From Mobula hypostoma (Eukaryota): 64,000 bases of DNA. The DNA lies in assembly GCF_963921235.1 (NCBI RefSeq), contig NC_086097.1, forward strand, positions 142,230,001 to 142,294,000, given 5' to 3'. Positions 62,591 to 64,000 of the stretch are shown in pieces (the first letter of the stretch is position 1; each line of letters opens with the position of its first letter). Below the pieces are notes generated by a model. That model ran no database searches. It was not told where the DNA came from and saw nothing but the letters and a program-made list of their open reading frames with translations. A program made the translations under genes and the position numbers.

Positions 62591-64000
62591 ACATAGAACA
62601 TAGAATAGTACAGCGCAGTGCAGGCCCTTTGGCCCACAATGTTATGCCGACCCTCAAACCCTGCCTCCCATATAACCCCCCCACCTTAAATTCCTCAATC
62701 TACCTGTCTAGTAGTCTCTTGCTATTCTACGACAGACTCAGGCAGTGCATTCCACGTACCAACCACTCTCTGAATAAAAAACCTTCCTCTAATATCCCCC
62801 TTGAACTTCCCACCCCTTACCTTAAAGCCATGTCCTCTTGTATTGAGCAGTGGTGCCCTGGGGAAGAGGCGCTGGCTATCCACTCTGTTCCTTTTATTAT
62901 CTTGTACACCTCTATCATGTCTCCTCTCATCCTCCTTCTCTCCAAAGAGGAACGCCCTAGCTCCCTTAATCTCTGATCATAATCCATACTCTCTAAACCA
63001 GCCAGCATTCTGGTAAATCTCCCCTGTACCCTATCCAATGCTTCCACATCCTTCCTATAGTGAGGCGACCAGAACTGGACACAGTACTCCAAGTGTGGTC
63101 TAACCAGAGTTTTATAGAGCTGCATCATTACATCACGACTCTTAAACTCTATCCCTTCATTTATGAAAGTTAACACACCATAAGCTTTCTTAACTACCCT
63201 ATCCACCTGTGAGGCAACTTTCAGGGATCTGTGGACATGTACCCCGAGATCCCTCTGCTCCTCCACACTACCAAGTATCCTGCCATTTACTTTGTACTCT
63301 GCCTTGGAGTTTGTCCTTCCAAAGTGTACCACCTCACACTTCTCCGGGTTGAACTCCATCTGCCACTTCTCAGCCCACTTCTGCATCCTATCAATGTCTC
63401 TCTGTAATCTTTTGACAATCCTCTACACTATCTATAACACCACCAACCTTTGTGTCATCTGCAAACTTGCCAACCCACCCTTCTACCGCCACATCCAGGT
63501 GGTTAATAAAAATCACGAAAAGTAGAGGTCCCAGAACAGATCCTTGTGGGACACCACTAGTCACATTCCTCCAATCCGAATGTAATCCCTCCACCACGAC
63601 CCTCTGCCTTCTGCAGACAAGCCAATTCTGAATCCACCTGGCCAAACTTCCCTGGATCCCACGCCTTCTGACTTTCTGAATAAGCCTATCATGTGGAACC
63701 TTGTCAAATGCCTTACTAAAATCCATACAGATCACATCCACTGCACTACCCTCATCTATATGCCTGGTCACCTCCTCAAAGAACTCTATCAGGCTTGTTA
63801 GACATGATCTGCCCTTCACAAAGCCATGCTGACTGTCCCTGATCAGACCATGATTCTCTAAATGCCCACAGATCCGATCTCTAAGAATCTTTTCCAACAG
63901 CTTTCCCACCACAGACGTAAGGCTCACTGGTCTATAATTACCCAGACTATCCCTACTACCTTTTTTAAACAAGGAGACAACATTCGCCTCCCTCCAATCC
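62591..64000 (-). mobile_element. Young CR1 LINE ORF2 (RT) and 3' tail, running off the window end; truncates the L1 ORF1
   Basis: GNYRPVSLTSVVGK, QHGFVKGRSCLT, DFSKAFDKVPH, SGVPQGSVLGP, KFADDTK, RPHLEYCVQFWSP; frameshift near 63390; (ttctatg)n tail. Confidence 0.95.

Overview
AT-rich, repeat-dense vertebrate genomic DNA. The repeat spectrum (CR1, Rex1/Babar, RTE, L1, Hero, Penelope-like, Tc1, hAT MITE, V-SINE) suggests a cartilaginous fish, probably a ray (inference). The only host gene I can support is MAP4 (microtubule-associated protein 4) on the minus strand. Its first coding exon is 48386-48110 (ATG 48368) and the next is a 69-nt exon at 45454-45386; the rest of the window appears to be MAP4 intron. 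No later canonical exon and no non-coding exon 1 were recognised. Highlights: (1) a candidate intronic alternative terminal exon at 35453->~33085, with a CACTAAC distant branch point, a 149-nt AG-free zone and an immediate stop, giving a 110-aa MAP4 N-terminal-only protein with a ~2.4-kb repeat-free 3'UTR; (2) minimal hammerhead ribozyme motifs in Penelope termini, one intact in the sense of the MAP4 pre-mRNA; (3) several inverted Penelope insertions and a fold-back duplication; (4) a possible exon 2-3 circRNA almost fully occupied by one ORF. Family assignments are by eye from motifs, with no database search; repeat boundaries are approximate unless a target-site duplication (TSD) is given.
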